This document shows, one piece after another, positions 24,215-32,305 of a DNA stretch of 36,345 nucleotides. The stretch lies in NCBI GenBank assembly GCA_023659785.1, contig JAGXOR010000002.1, forward strand, positions 1-36,345. Direction: 5' to 3'. Numbering within the stretch: position 1 is the stretch's first letter; each line of letters opens with the position of its first letter. Position numbers and translations under genes: made by a program. The stretch is from Methanomicrobia archaeon LH_S13. Lineage in GTDB: Archaea > Halobacteriota > Syntropharchaeia > Alkanophagales > Methanospirareceae. A model generated the notes under the pieces. The model did no database searches. It saw nothing but the letters and a program-made list of their open reading frames with translations, and had not been told where the DNA came from.

Positions 24215-27200
24215 CTTTTGCCCCTCCTATAAGCCCTCTTCTCTTTGCAATATCCGAAATAGAAAAGAGCTAATGCTAATACTATGAGTGCTATAATAAA
24301 CAAATGCAGCTTTTCTCCACTGCCTGATGCGCCAGAAGTGGCGTTTCCAAATGGGAATCCCGAAACTTCTTCCTTTTTATCGCTCGCAGATTTGCTTTCA
24401 TTTATTTGCGTTTGCGTTCCCCCTACCCCTACTCCTGTTCCGATTCCTGTTTCATTGGTTCCCTCTTCGTGTCCTTCACTTATCCAGTCTTCTCCTGAGT
24501 CTGAGCCACCACCACCCCTTGACCCGCCTATCCATCTTTTAGGCTCTTTTTCCTCCTCTTTCTCATATACTTTAACCTCCTTTGATATAACATTGTTTTC
24601 TTCATTTTTCTCTTCTATTTCATCTCCTGGGTCAATTTCCGCCTTTAGAATGAATTCCCCAGTTTTCTCTGGCATCCACGTGAATTCTGCACTTCCATTC
24701 TCAGCCGGATTTATCTTATCAATGAGCTTACTACCTATCTCGTTAATATCCGCTTTTAGTATAACGAGAACGCCATTTTCTTCCGTTTTCCCGATGTTCT
24801 TCACAATCACGGTTATAATATTTCCACTGTTTGCATAGATTTTATCCGCTGTTTTTATTTCAGCAGGCTTTAAATCTGGCTTCTCATATACTTCAACATC
24901 ACTGAACGCCTTATTATTGAGTGGATTCTCTTCGGTTATATTATCCCCCGAGTCAACTTCTGCAACAAGCCTGCAAGTCCCAACATCTTCCTGCCTTGCC
25001 GTCCATTTGAAACTTATCGTCTTCCCTTCACTTACATTTAGATACGAAATTGTTTCTATTCCGACATCCTCTCCATTCGCCCTCAATTCAACATTGAAAC
25101 TCTCGTTCACATCTCCATCACCGATATTCTTCACCGTAACGTTCACAAGCACATTTTCACCAACATAAACCCTTTCTGGCGCATCAAAAGAAGAAATATT
25201 CAAGTCAGGAGCATATGAAGAGCCGAAGCACCATACTTTGTCCTGCCCAATGGTATAAACCCTTCCGTTGGCAATAACAGCAGTCGAGCCACCGAAGGAT
25301 GAATTCCATATCTCTTCTCCAGTCAAGGCATTCAGGCAGTATGTGCCATCAGCTGCAAAAGCATCTCCTCCCTCCCCTATATTTCCGACAATCAGTTTAC
25401 CATCGCTCGAAACCACGGGTGAAGCTGTCCATCCACCTATATCAACTTTCCATATCTCATCGCCATTTTCGGGATTGAGGCAATAAGTTGCGATGTCAGA
25501 ATAACCTATGCAGCCACCACTGATATACATGTTTCCATAAGCATAAGCAGGCGTCGAATCTGTCCTTATCCCTCTTTTCTTCCATTTTACATCTCCATCC
25601 GCAGGATACATCGCATAATAGGTTGCATCTCCATCGAAATTGAATGTTCCAAAGTATAATATTCCGTGTATCGGTGTTATCGAGCCCCAGACGCCGTAAT
25701 CTGTTATATTATACCATTTTCTGGTCCCGTTTTTGTATAAGCAATAAATAGATCCGTGTGCTCCAGAACCAGAAGAGCCGATAGTGCAGGACCCGAAGCC
25801 AACAAAGACTTTTCCTTCATAAAAAGCAGGAGTAGCAGTGGCACGTGGATTTGTCATATTTGCTATTTCCCGCGCATCCGTCTCATTGAATACCCATAGA
25901 GTAGTCCCATTTTCTTCATCCAGGCAGTAATACTCCGGGTCGCTATCTGCTCCTCCATATCCACCAATAAATACTTTCCCAGATGCAATTGTGGGGCATG
26001 AGTTCGCCACCTTCTTTGGTAGAGTTGTAATCCACTCCTTTTCACCGCTTCCTGCATCTATCGCTGATATTTCTTTCCCAGAACCTATGAACACCTTTCC
26101 ATCGTGATAAGCCGGGGAAGACCATGAACCATCATACCTTTTATCCAATTCCCTATTCCATATGAATTTGCCATCACTTTCGTTAAGTGCGACCAAAAAC
26201 GTTCCCGATTCATTTTCACAATAAACAAAAACCTTTCCCCCTGCAACTATCAGCTGAGACGAATCAACCGCTCCTATATCTGTTGTGTTCCACGCAATCG
26301 CGTTTGTATCCGGAGCTTCGGAGAGAGAGAATCCTGCATTGTAATGGAATTGCGGTGCCTCTTTATGTGATTCTTTATTGCATATTGTAAAAGGCTCTAC
26401 GGTGGTATCAGAATCAGTAAAATTCCCATCGCTTGCTTCTACCATCAACATATATTCACCATCTGGCATGTCTTTTATATACCACGAGTGGCATCCATCA
26501 TTATCCTCATCCACCGCTATTTTTATCCAGCTCCTTCCATGATCTGGGCTGTAACTTATGCTTATATTCAAAAGATCGCCGTCGAGGTCTGTTGCATTCC
26601 ATTTCACATCGATGTAATCGGGATTAATGAAAGTTTCTCCACCTCTCGGATTTATAAGCTTTATCTCAGGTGCTCCAGCGATTACTTCAATATCTGCATA
26701 CCTCAAGTTGTTTGTTTCGTTCTCTTCGTAAACATTATTATCCGCATCTGCTACCACAAATACACTGTAAAAACCCTTTTCAATAGGAATCCACGAAAAG
26801 CTAACATTTTCCACACCAAAAATCCTTTGTATCTTCTTCTTTTCAATTAAAAATACCGAACTATCATTTGTTAAGTTGGTCAAACTCGTAAAATTCTCTT
26901 TATCCTTGTGATGATAAGCATATAAAGACACGTTGAAACTCTCTCCTGCTCCTTTTAGAGATACATTTATCAAATTGCTTTTATTCACTAACAGGAATTT
27001 ATTCTTGAAAGAAGCATTATTGGCAGGTGGCAGAAAAGTGATATTGGACGGGATAAGGTCTGGCAATGTCACATTTATTTCCCCAATCCCTGTATTGTTC
27101 TCCTCATCTGATTCTTTTACATCATCATCACAGTCAATATTGACCTTGGGGCTATAACTCCCTTTAAATTCGGGGTTCCAGGTAAAGTTCACAAGTTTCT

Positions 27201-29115
27201 CACCATAGCAAGTGATGTTCGTGAGATTATCCGTAAAGGATTTGCTATCAGTGATGTTATTTCTGAACTCTATGAGGATAGAGGAATTAAAATTCTCGCC
27301 AAATCCTTTTATCTCCACAGGCAGTTCATTTGAGAAGTTAGAATAGAAAGTTTTATTCTCGTTTAAACTTAAATTCGGATATAAGTCCGGTAATATTACC
27401 ATTATTCCCTTCTTAATCGTGTTGTTTACTTCATTCTCCTCTTCTATCTCCTCTTTTGTGTCCGCGGATATGGTGAGATTATGTTTCCCTGTATGAATAG
27501 GTTTCCACTCGAATTTTACTTCCGTATCTGCATTGCTACACTTTTCTATTACCCTTCTCTCCTGCAAAGCCTCGCCATCTTCAATAAAAGAGACATTGAA
27601 AGCGCCTCCATTGTTTCTTATCCTTGCAATCACATCGCTTTTGACATTTGCGTATGCGGTATCATTTAATGTTCCGTTTTCATTCTCTCCTTTTGGTCTT
27701 ACAGTAAAATCGAGGGGATAAATATCGGGTAAAGTTCTGTTTAATAATATCTGGTGAAAAGGCGGGAAGTATTCGCCATAAAGGGCGATGAGGGCATAAG
27801 AAGTGGCTCTTATACGATCATAATCGTTGAAGTAACCTTCTTCAGTTTGAACTTTTAGCAGGTAATCAGTGGCATTCTTTATGCTATCTTTATTTTCAGA
27901 CCGATTATACGCTAACAGAGCGGATAATGCGAGAGCTGTGGGGATAGGTCTGCCTTCTTCTCCCCCCTCATAAGGGAAACTACCCCGCTCATACTGATTG
28001 CTTTTCACAAATTCTATTGCTTTTCTGATAGATGCATTTTCCGAGCTGATGAGTCCAGTGGATAAAATCGCTTGTATAGCAAGGGATGTGTCAACAACTG
28101 AACTCCCTCCGTGGAAGCTCCATCTTCCATCTATTTCTTGCTTCTCCATCAAATTCGCAACCGTCTGATTAACTATTTTAGTTTTTCCTTCTCCTGATGC
28201 TGATAATGCGAGGAGAGCAAAGCAGTCGTCATCCGATCTCTCCTCATAGCCGATTTGTTCACTGTCAAAGAAGGAATTAAGCGAACCAATGAAGTTAATA
28301 TTGGAAAAATTTCTCGGATTTTCACCCGAGGATGCGATTGCGTGGGTTGCGCTTGCCCAATCGGTAGCATCATTGGAATTTATCATTTGAGTGCAATTAT
28401 TCTTAAGGTAATTGATGAGGTCTTGATCTGGCTCCTCATACAATGATATCGAAGTGATAGCGAGGCATGAAGAATAGAAGTTATTAATCTTCCCCTCTTC
28501 ATCCTTTTCATTTTTTAGATATGCTAAAGCTTTGTCGGTTGCATCTTTTATCTTCACACTGTAATTAAAATCGTATAGTTTCTGATGAGTAGTGATATTT
28601 AAGGTCACATTGTTGTTCTCTTTATTCTCCTCCTCTATCTTTCCATCCAGGTCTATTTTAAATATCAGTGAGACATTTTGCGATAGGTTTGTGAAATTAT
28701 ATCTGGTGTAGATGATTCTTTTACCTTTTTCAGGGATAGGTGATAACGTTAAATTAAGCACATCGAGGCAAGATGATTCGTTTTTTGTCTGATTTTCAGA
28801 GATATTTTCTGCTCTTAACGAGACATTGAAATCGCCTGAGAAGCTACCTCCTTCGTTTTTTATGCTGATGATTATCGGGTTATCTTCTGTAGCGTAAATT
28901 ACCGCAGGAATGGTTATTCTTTCTACAAGTAAATCCGGTAAAGAGGTATTGGTATTGGTATTGGTAGCGTTAAATTGTTCTTGCTTCCCACTCGCATAAG
29001 AAGGATATGCGAGAGAAGATAAGATTAAAAAGAGGAAAAAAATAAGGAATAGTGCTTGTGCTTGGGCTTGCAATGATTTACTGGCGCTCTTTTTATCTCT
29101 GCACATATTTACCAT
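24211..29115 (-). CDS. Giant membrane-anchored surface protein: signal peptide, CARDB-like repeats, alpha/alpha-toroid (prenyltransferase/terpene-cyclase-like) domain, BNR/Asp-box Ig domain, PQQ-like beta-propeller, CARDB repeats, Gly-rich linker, C-terminal TM anchor
   Basis: The likely start is the ATG at 29113-29115, overlapping the upstream stop (ATGGTAA), or the ATG at 29106. The signal peptide is LFLIFFLFLILSSLAYPSYASG. The CARDB pattern (V/I-x-N-x-G…E-x-N-E-x-NN) recurs at least 7 times. Toroid repeats include EIDGRWSFHGG, YERGSFPYEGG and TEEGYFND, at about nt 27770-28560. The Asp-box is YSPDHGRSW. The propeller repeats (GKVFVY…G.F.W, GKVFIGS…GEKEW, and so on) lie at about nt 25190-26330. 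The C-terminus is LFIIALIVLALALFYFGYCKEKRAYRRGKR. Confidence 0.8.
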   Translation of the reverse strand: MVNMCRDKKSASKSLQAQAQALFLIFFLFLILSSLAYPSYASGKQEQFNATNTNTNTSLPDLLVERITIPAVIYATEDNPIIISIKNEGGSFSGDFNVSLRAENISENQTKNESSCLDVLNLTLSPIPEKGKRIIYTRYNFTNLSQNVSLIFKIDLDGKIEEENKENNNVTLNITTHQKLYDFNYSVKIKDATDKALAYLKNEKDEEGKINNFYSSCLAITSISLYEEPDQDLINYLKNNCTQMINSNDATDWASATHAIASSGENPRNFSNINFIGSLNSFFDSEQIGYEERSDDDCFALLALSASGEGKTKIVNQTVANLMEKQEIDGRWSFHGGSSVVDTSLAIQAILSTGLISSENASIRKAIEFVKSNQYERGSFPYEGGEEGRPIPTALALSALLAYNRSENKDSIKNATDYLLKVQTEEGYFNDYDRIRATSYALIALYGEYFPPFHQILLNRTLPDIYPLDFTVRPKGENENGTLNDTAYANVKSDVIARIRNNGGAFNVSFIEDGEALQERRVIEKCSNADTEVKFEWKPIHTGKHNLTISADTKEEIEEENEVNNTIKKGIMVILPDLYPNLSLNENKTFYSNFSNELPVEIKGFGENFNSSILIEFRNNITDSKSFTDNLTNITCYGEKLVNFTWNPEFKGSYSPKVNIDCDDDVKESDEENNTGIGEINVTLPDLIPSNITFLPPANNASFKNKFLLVNKSNLINVSLKGAGESFNVSLYAYHHKDKENFTSLTNLTNDSSVFLIEKKKIQRIFGVENVSFSWIPIEKGFYSVFVVADADNNVYEENETNNLRYADIEVIAGAPEIKLINPRGGETFINPDYIDVKWNATDLDGDLLNISISYSPDHGRSWIKIAVDEDNDGCHSWYIKDMPDGEYMLMVEASDGNFTDSDTTVEPFTICNKESHKEAPQFHYNAGFSLSEAPDTNAIAWNTTDIGAVDSSQLIVAGGKVFVYCENESGTFLVALNESDGKFIWNRELDKRYDGSWSSPAYHDGKVFIGSGKEISAIDAGSGEKEWITTLPKKVANSCPTIASGKVFIGGYGGADSDPEYYCLDEENGTTLWVFNETDAREIANMTNPRATATPAFYEGKVFVGFGSCTIGSSGSGAHGSIYCLYKNGTRKWYNITDYGVWGSITPIHGILYFGTFNFDGDATYYAMYPADGDVKWKKRGIRTDSTPAYAYGNMYISGGCIGYSDIATYCLNPENGDEIWKVDIGGWTASPVVSSDGKLIVGNIGEGGDAFAADGTYCLNALTGEEIWNSSFGGSTAVIANGRVYTIGQDKVWCFGSSYAPDLNISSFDAPERVYVGENVLVNVTVKNIGDGDVNESFNVELRANGEDVGIETISYLNVSEGKTISFKWTARQEDVGTCRLVAEVDSGDNITEENPLNNKAFSDVEVYEKPDLKPAEIKTADKIYANSGNIITVIVKNIGKTEENGVLVILKADINEIGSKLIDKINPAENGSAEFTWMPEKTGEFILKAEIDPGDEIEEKNEENNVISKEVKVYEKEEEKEPKRWIGGSRGGGGSDSGEDWISEGHEEGTNETGIGTGVGVGGTQTQINESKSASDKKEEVSGFPFGNATSGASGSGEKLHLFIIALIVLALALFYFGYCKEKRAYRRGKR

Positions 29116-31913
29116 AATCTGATAGCAGGAATCCAGTTGTTGTAGACTTTTCTGTTTGCGTCGATGAATTGATTGCAAGTAATTGTTCCCCCAGTTGCAT
29201 TAAATGAGCTTTTGTGAATTATCTGAGGATAGGACCCTGTGCGGATGGTGTAGTTATAAACCACGCCTTCTTTCAATGTCAAAGTCCTGTTAAATGAGAT
29301 ATTGTGGTAGTCGCCCTGATAGCCGCTCCAGTTGGCAACTGCGCAATCGCCTGTCGTCTCATTCCATACCCTTGCGAATTCAGTATGCCCGCCGGTTCCG
29401 GAGCATGGATAAGTGTAAAGCTTGGACACAGTAATCGTTTGATTTGGCGTGATTGTTCCGTTATGCGTACCGAAGATGCTTGGGTATGGATTGTCAGGTG
29501 TGCCAGTATCAAATTGCAACATTTCCTTTTCCTCGAATGCATAAACCTTCCCATCACTGCCAATGCTCACAACTATACCTTCAGAAACCGATGGTGATGA
29601 ACCTGCATTATCATAGGACCAGGCTAACGTTCCTTTTGTTGAATTATATACGCAGATTCCACTCGCACTCGCACCCCGGATTCCAACCTTTCCTATGAAG
29701 AGCTTACCGTCTGCAACCGCTGGTGACATTGTCCAGCTTCCGCAAGGGGCATCCCAATGAAGCGTGCCTGTTGAATTAAAGCAGTATGTTGTTCCGGGTG
29801 CATTAACGCTTCCAGATACATAGATGTAATCGCCTGAGATTGCCGGTGTTGAATTGGTGTAGGTTATTTCTGCACTCCAAAGTAGTTCTCCCGTATCGAG
29901 TGCAAATGCAAAGAGCTTGCCAGTATCACTCCCATAATCAACACAAGTCGCGACATATACCCTGTTATTAGCCTCATCAATTGCAGCAGAACCCCAGATA
30001 CTGCCATTAACCGGTGTTGACCAGATTAAGTCTCCGGTTGACATATCAACACAATATAAATTGGCATTCCCACTCCAAACTGACTCACCGAAGACGACTT
30101 TGTTATCAGCAACTGCAGGAACTGAGTTTGCCCCTCCTGCAACAGTATAGTTCCAGACCACTGTGTTCAGATCATCCTCATCAAATGCGTAGTAATGCCC
30201 CTCGGAACCACTACCAGCAAAGACCATTCCATCAGCAACCGTTGGACCACCATTGCACGAGTATCCACCATCTGGGAATGCAATCTCCTGTAACTTTGCT
30301 CCAGTCGTTGCATTGAGCTTCGTTAGGTTATATCCTGCACTCACAAAGAGCATATCATCTTTATATACAGGCGATGCCCATGAGCCCCAGTCCTTTGTAT
30401 CACCTGGAATCGAGGTATTCCATAGAATTACACCAGAAGATTTATTCAACGCTACTACATGGTCATTCCCATAAACAAATACTTTATCCTCCACGATCAT
30501 CGCCTGCGACGACGCAACTGCACCGATATCGCCACTTATCCATTTTGTCTGGTTCGTATCAGGTGCGTTAGCAGGTGAATTACCGGTATTTGCTACATCA
30601 TAATGGAATTGCTCCCAATCCGTGGTGAGTTCCTTCACAGGTCCTACTTCTTTCAATCCGTAAACATAGCCGCCATCATTGCCGAAATATACATATCCAT
30701 CGGATATTGCCACACCTTGCAGGATATATCCACCAGAAGCCCCAGCTTCTTCTGTGGTGAAGTTCCACATCTCGTTTCCGTTTTCATCCACGCAGTAAGC
30801 CCTGCCATTTTCACAGTTCGTTGTGAAGTATAGATATGGCTTTCCATCTTGTATGCTTATCGCAGGAGATGCCTTCACTCCTCCATTTGGCTCAAAGCTC
30901 CATTCCTCTTCTCCATCCGAAGCATTTAAACAGTATAATTTACCTTCCGTAGCAAATGACCCATATCCAACATATACTCTTCCTCCATACACGACGGGCG
31001 TGCTATCTGAATATCCTATTTCATGAACCCATCCTTCTTCTGTAAATCCACCCCTGCTTTCATTAAATCCTGTTTTCCATACATACCCACCTTCAGATGT
31101 AAAGTAAGCAAATCCTTCGCTATAAGCCACAGAAGACTTGATACTACCAGCATCACTCTTGTTGAAGGAAATACTCCCACCATCTGTTATGTTTATTTCA
31201 TCTACTTTGGTCCCATTATCCTTATAAACGCTTGTCAAGACCGAATCACCGTCTCCATAAACGAGATAATTGTCAATCACACATGCTCCAGTCCAATAGT
31301 ATCCTTTTCCAGTATCTGACGGGCTGCTCCATAAGACATCCCCGCTAGAAGCATCCAAGCAGTAATATATACCTGTCGCATTTTCCCCGTTTTCGCTCTT
31401 ATACGAGCCTACATAGACATTTCCATCAGCATAGGTTACAGGCGTGTTTAATAGGTCATTAGTCGCCGCTATGTTATTAGTCCATAGCGTAGTTCCATCC
31501 TGAGGGTCCAATGCATAAATATGCCCGTCCTTCGTTGCGAAGAACACCTTTCCCTCGCCATACGCGGGTGTCGCCAACTGATATTGCCAACCTTCAGAGC
31601 TTAGCGATTTGTTCCATATCTCCTCACCTTTCTTCGCATCAAGTGCCCATGCACATCCCTTCGCATCTATCACAAATACTTTCCCCTCCGCCATGATTGG
31701 TGCCACATCTACGCCTGCCATCCCGGTAGATGTGGTGAACATCTTCCATGCTTTCGTCGCGTTGAGAGGAGCTAAATCGGTTGTCTTTCCTGTATTCACC
31801 TCATCCTTCTGGAATTGTTCCCAGGAACTCGCCATTGCTAACGCCGGTACGGCTATTAACAAAATACTGGCTAATAGCAGTGCGCAAACACACACACTTC
31901 CACTTCTTTTCAT
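29109..31913 (-). CDS. Secreted double PQQ-like beta-propeller protein with a conserved C-terminal beta-sandwich-like domain
   Basis: The best start is the ATG at 31911-31913, 6 nt after ggagtg. The track ORF begins at the GTG at 31922. The signal peptide is SVCVCALLLASILLIAVPALA. Two sets of propeller blades begin after WEQFQKD and WEQFHYD. The C-terminal domain is YPSIFGTHNGTITPNQTITVSKLYTYPCSGTGGHTEF…SYPQIIHK…NNWIPAIRLW, which I recall from Methanosarcinales surface proteins. Confidence 0.8.
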   Translation of the reverse strand: MKRSGSVCVCALLLASILLIAVPALAMASSWEQFQKDEVNTGKTTDLAPLNATKAWKMFTTSTGMAGVDVAPIMAEGKVFVIDAKGCAWALDAKKGEEIWNKSLSSEGWQYQLATPAYGEGKVFFATKDGHIYALDPQDGTTLWTNNIAATNDLLNTPVTYADGNVYVGSYKSENGENATGIYYCLDASSGDVLWSSPSDTGKGYYWTGACVIDNYLVYGDGDSVLTSVYKDNGTKVDEINITDGGSISFNKSDAGSIKSSVAYSEGFAYFTSEGGYVWKTGFNESRGGFTEEGWVHEIGYSDSTPVVYGGRVYVGYGSFATEGKLYCLNASDGEEEWSFEPNGGVKASPAISIQDGKPYLYFTTNCENGRAYCVDENGNEMWNFTTEEAGASGGYILQGVAISDGYVYFGNDGGYVYGLKEVGPVKELTTDWEQFHYDVANTGNSPANAPDTNQTKWISGDIGAVASSQAMIVEDKVFVYGNDHVVALNKSSGVILWNTSIPGDTKDWGSWASPVYKDDMLFVSAGYNLTKLNATTGAKLQEIAFPDGGYSCNGGPTVADGMVFAGSGSEGHYYAFDEDDLNTVVWNYTVAGGANSVPAVADNKVVFGESVWSGNANLYCVDMSTGDLIWSTPVNGSIWGSAAIDEANNRVYVATCVDYGSDTGKLFAFALDTGELLWSAEITYTNSTPAISGDYIYVSGSVNAPGTTYCFNSTGTLHWDAPCGSWTMSPAVADGKLFIGKVGIRGASASGICVYNSTKGTLAWSYDNAGSSPSVSEGIVVSIGSDGKVYAFEEKEMLQFDTGTPDNPYPSIFGTHNGTITPNQTITVSKLYTYPCSGTGGHTEFARVWNETTGDCAVANWSGYQGDYHNISFNRTLTLKEGVVYNYTIRTGSYPQIIHKSSFNATGGTITCNQFIDANRKVYNNWIPAIRLW

Positions 31914-31954
31914 TTTTTTCACTCCATTTTTATTGAGACCAGGTAGCAGGTTAG

Positions 31955-32022
31955 ACGTATATAAGGCTTTCTATTTTTAAATTTTTGGTAACAGTTGTAA
32001 CCCAAATGGGTAACAATAACCC
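31955..32022 (-). promoter_or_regulatory. Putative operon promoter (TATA boxes) preceded by clustered GTTAC/GTTAT direct repeats
   Basis: Read on the minus strand: GGGTTATTGTTACCCATTTGGGTTACAACTGTTACC-AAAAATTTAAAAATAG-AAAGCCTTATATACG, then ~35 nt to the RBS and ATG. There are four GTTAY pentamers within 35 nt. Confidence 0.35.
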
Positions 32023-32101
32023 TTTTAATGTCTGAGGTCGGCACTATCTAAAAATATAGATATAATGATTCCCCCATATCACCGCGGAGAGCGCCGAGTA
32101 T

Positions 32102-32305
32102 CTAAAACAGTCCCTCGTCCTTTTCATAACCTCGATTCAATCGCAGTGCAAGCTCGGCATTTTTCAATTCGATACTCAAATACGATGCATGCTCAAGCAT
32201 TGAAACCATATCCAAACGTAAGATTGTATCCATTACCCCCTTTGCCGTTTCCCCTACTATTCGCTTCCCGGTAGGCAAATGTTCCGCATATATTTTTCTA
32301 CAACC
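32102..32305 (-). pseudogene. C-terminal fragment of a DUF4346-type domain
   Basis: …KIYAEHLPTGKRIVGETAKGVMDTILRLDMVSMLEHASYLSIELKNAELALRLNRGYEKDEGLF* carries the xxHAxYLGxELxKAExAL…Y.QD pattern I associate with DUF4346. There is no N-terminal part, and it is fused to PQQ debris. Confidence 0.4.

Noticed and set aside
24284-24838. Long antisense or alternative-frame ORFs inside the giant surface genes and other real genes. Examples are 24284..24838, 25268..25486, 26488..26850, 29304..29597, 30014..30316, 31609..31980, 1225..1407, 3422..3628, 4493..4780, 19631..19990 and 12191..12842.
   Set aside because: Each lies wholly inside a much longer ORF that carries clear family motifs. Their translations are low-complexity (S/P/F/L-rich), with no motifs, no RBS and no promoter context.
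29116-29178. The upstream extension of the giant protein ORF (start at 29178, MQSIHRRKQKSLQQLDSCYQI…).
   Set aside because: This part overlaps the C-terminal codons of the preceding gene and precedes the signal peptide. The ATG at 29113-29115, overlapping the upstream stop, or the ATG at 29106, gives a normal signal-peptide N-terminus.
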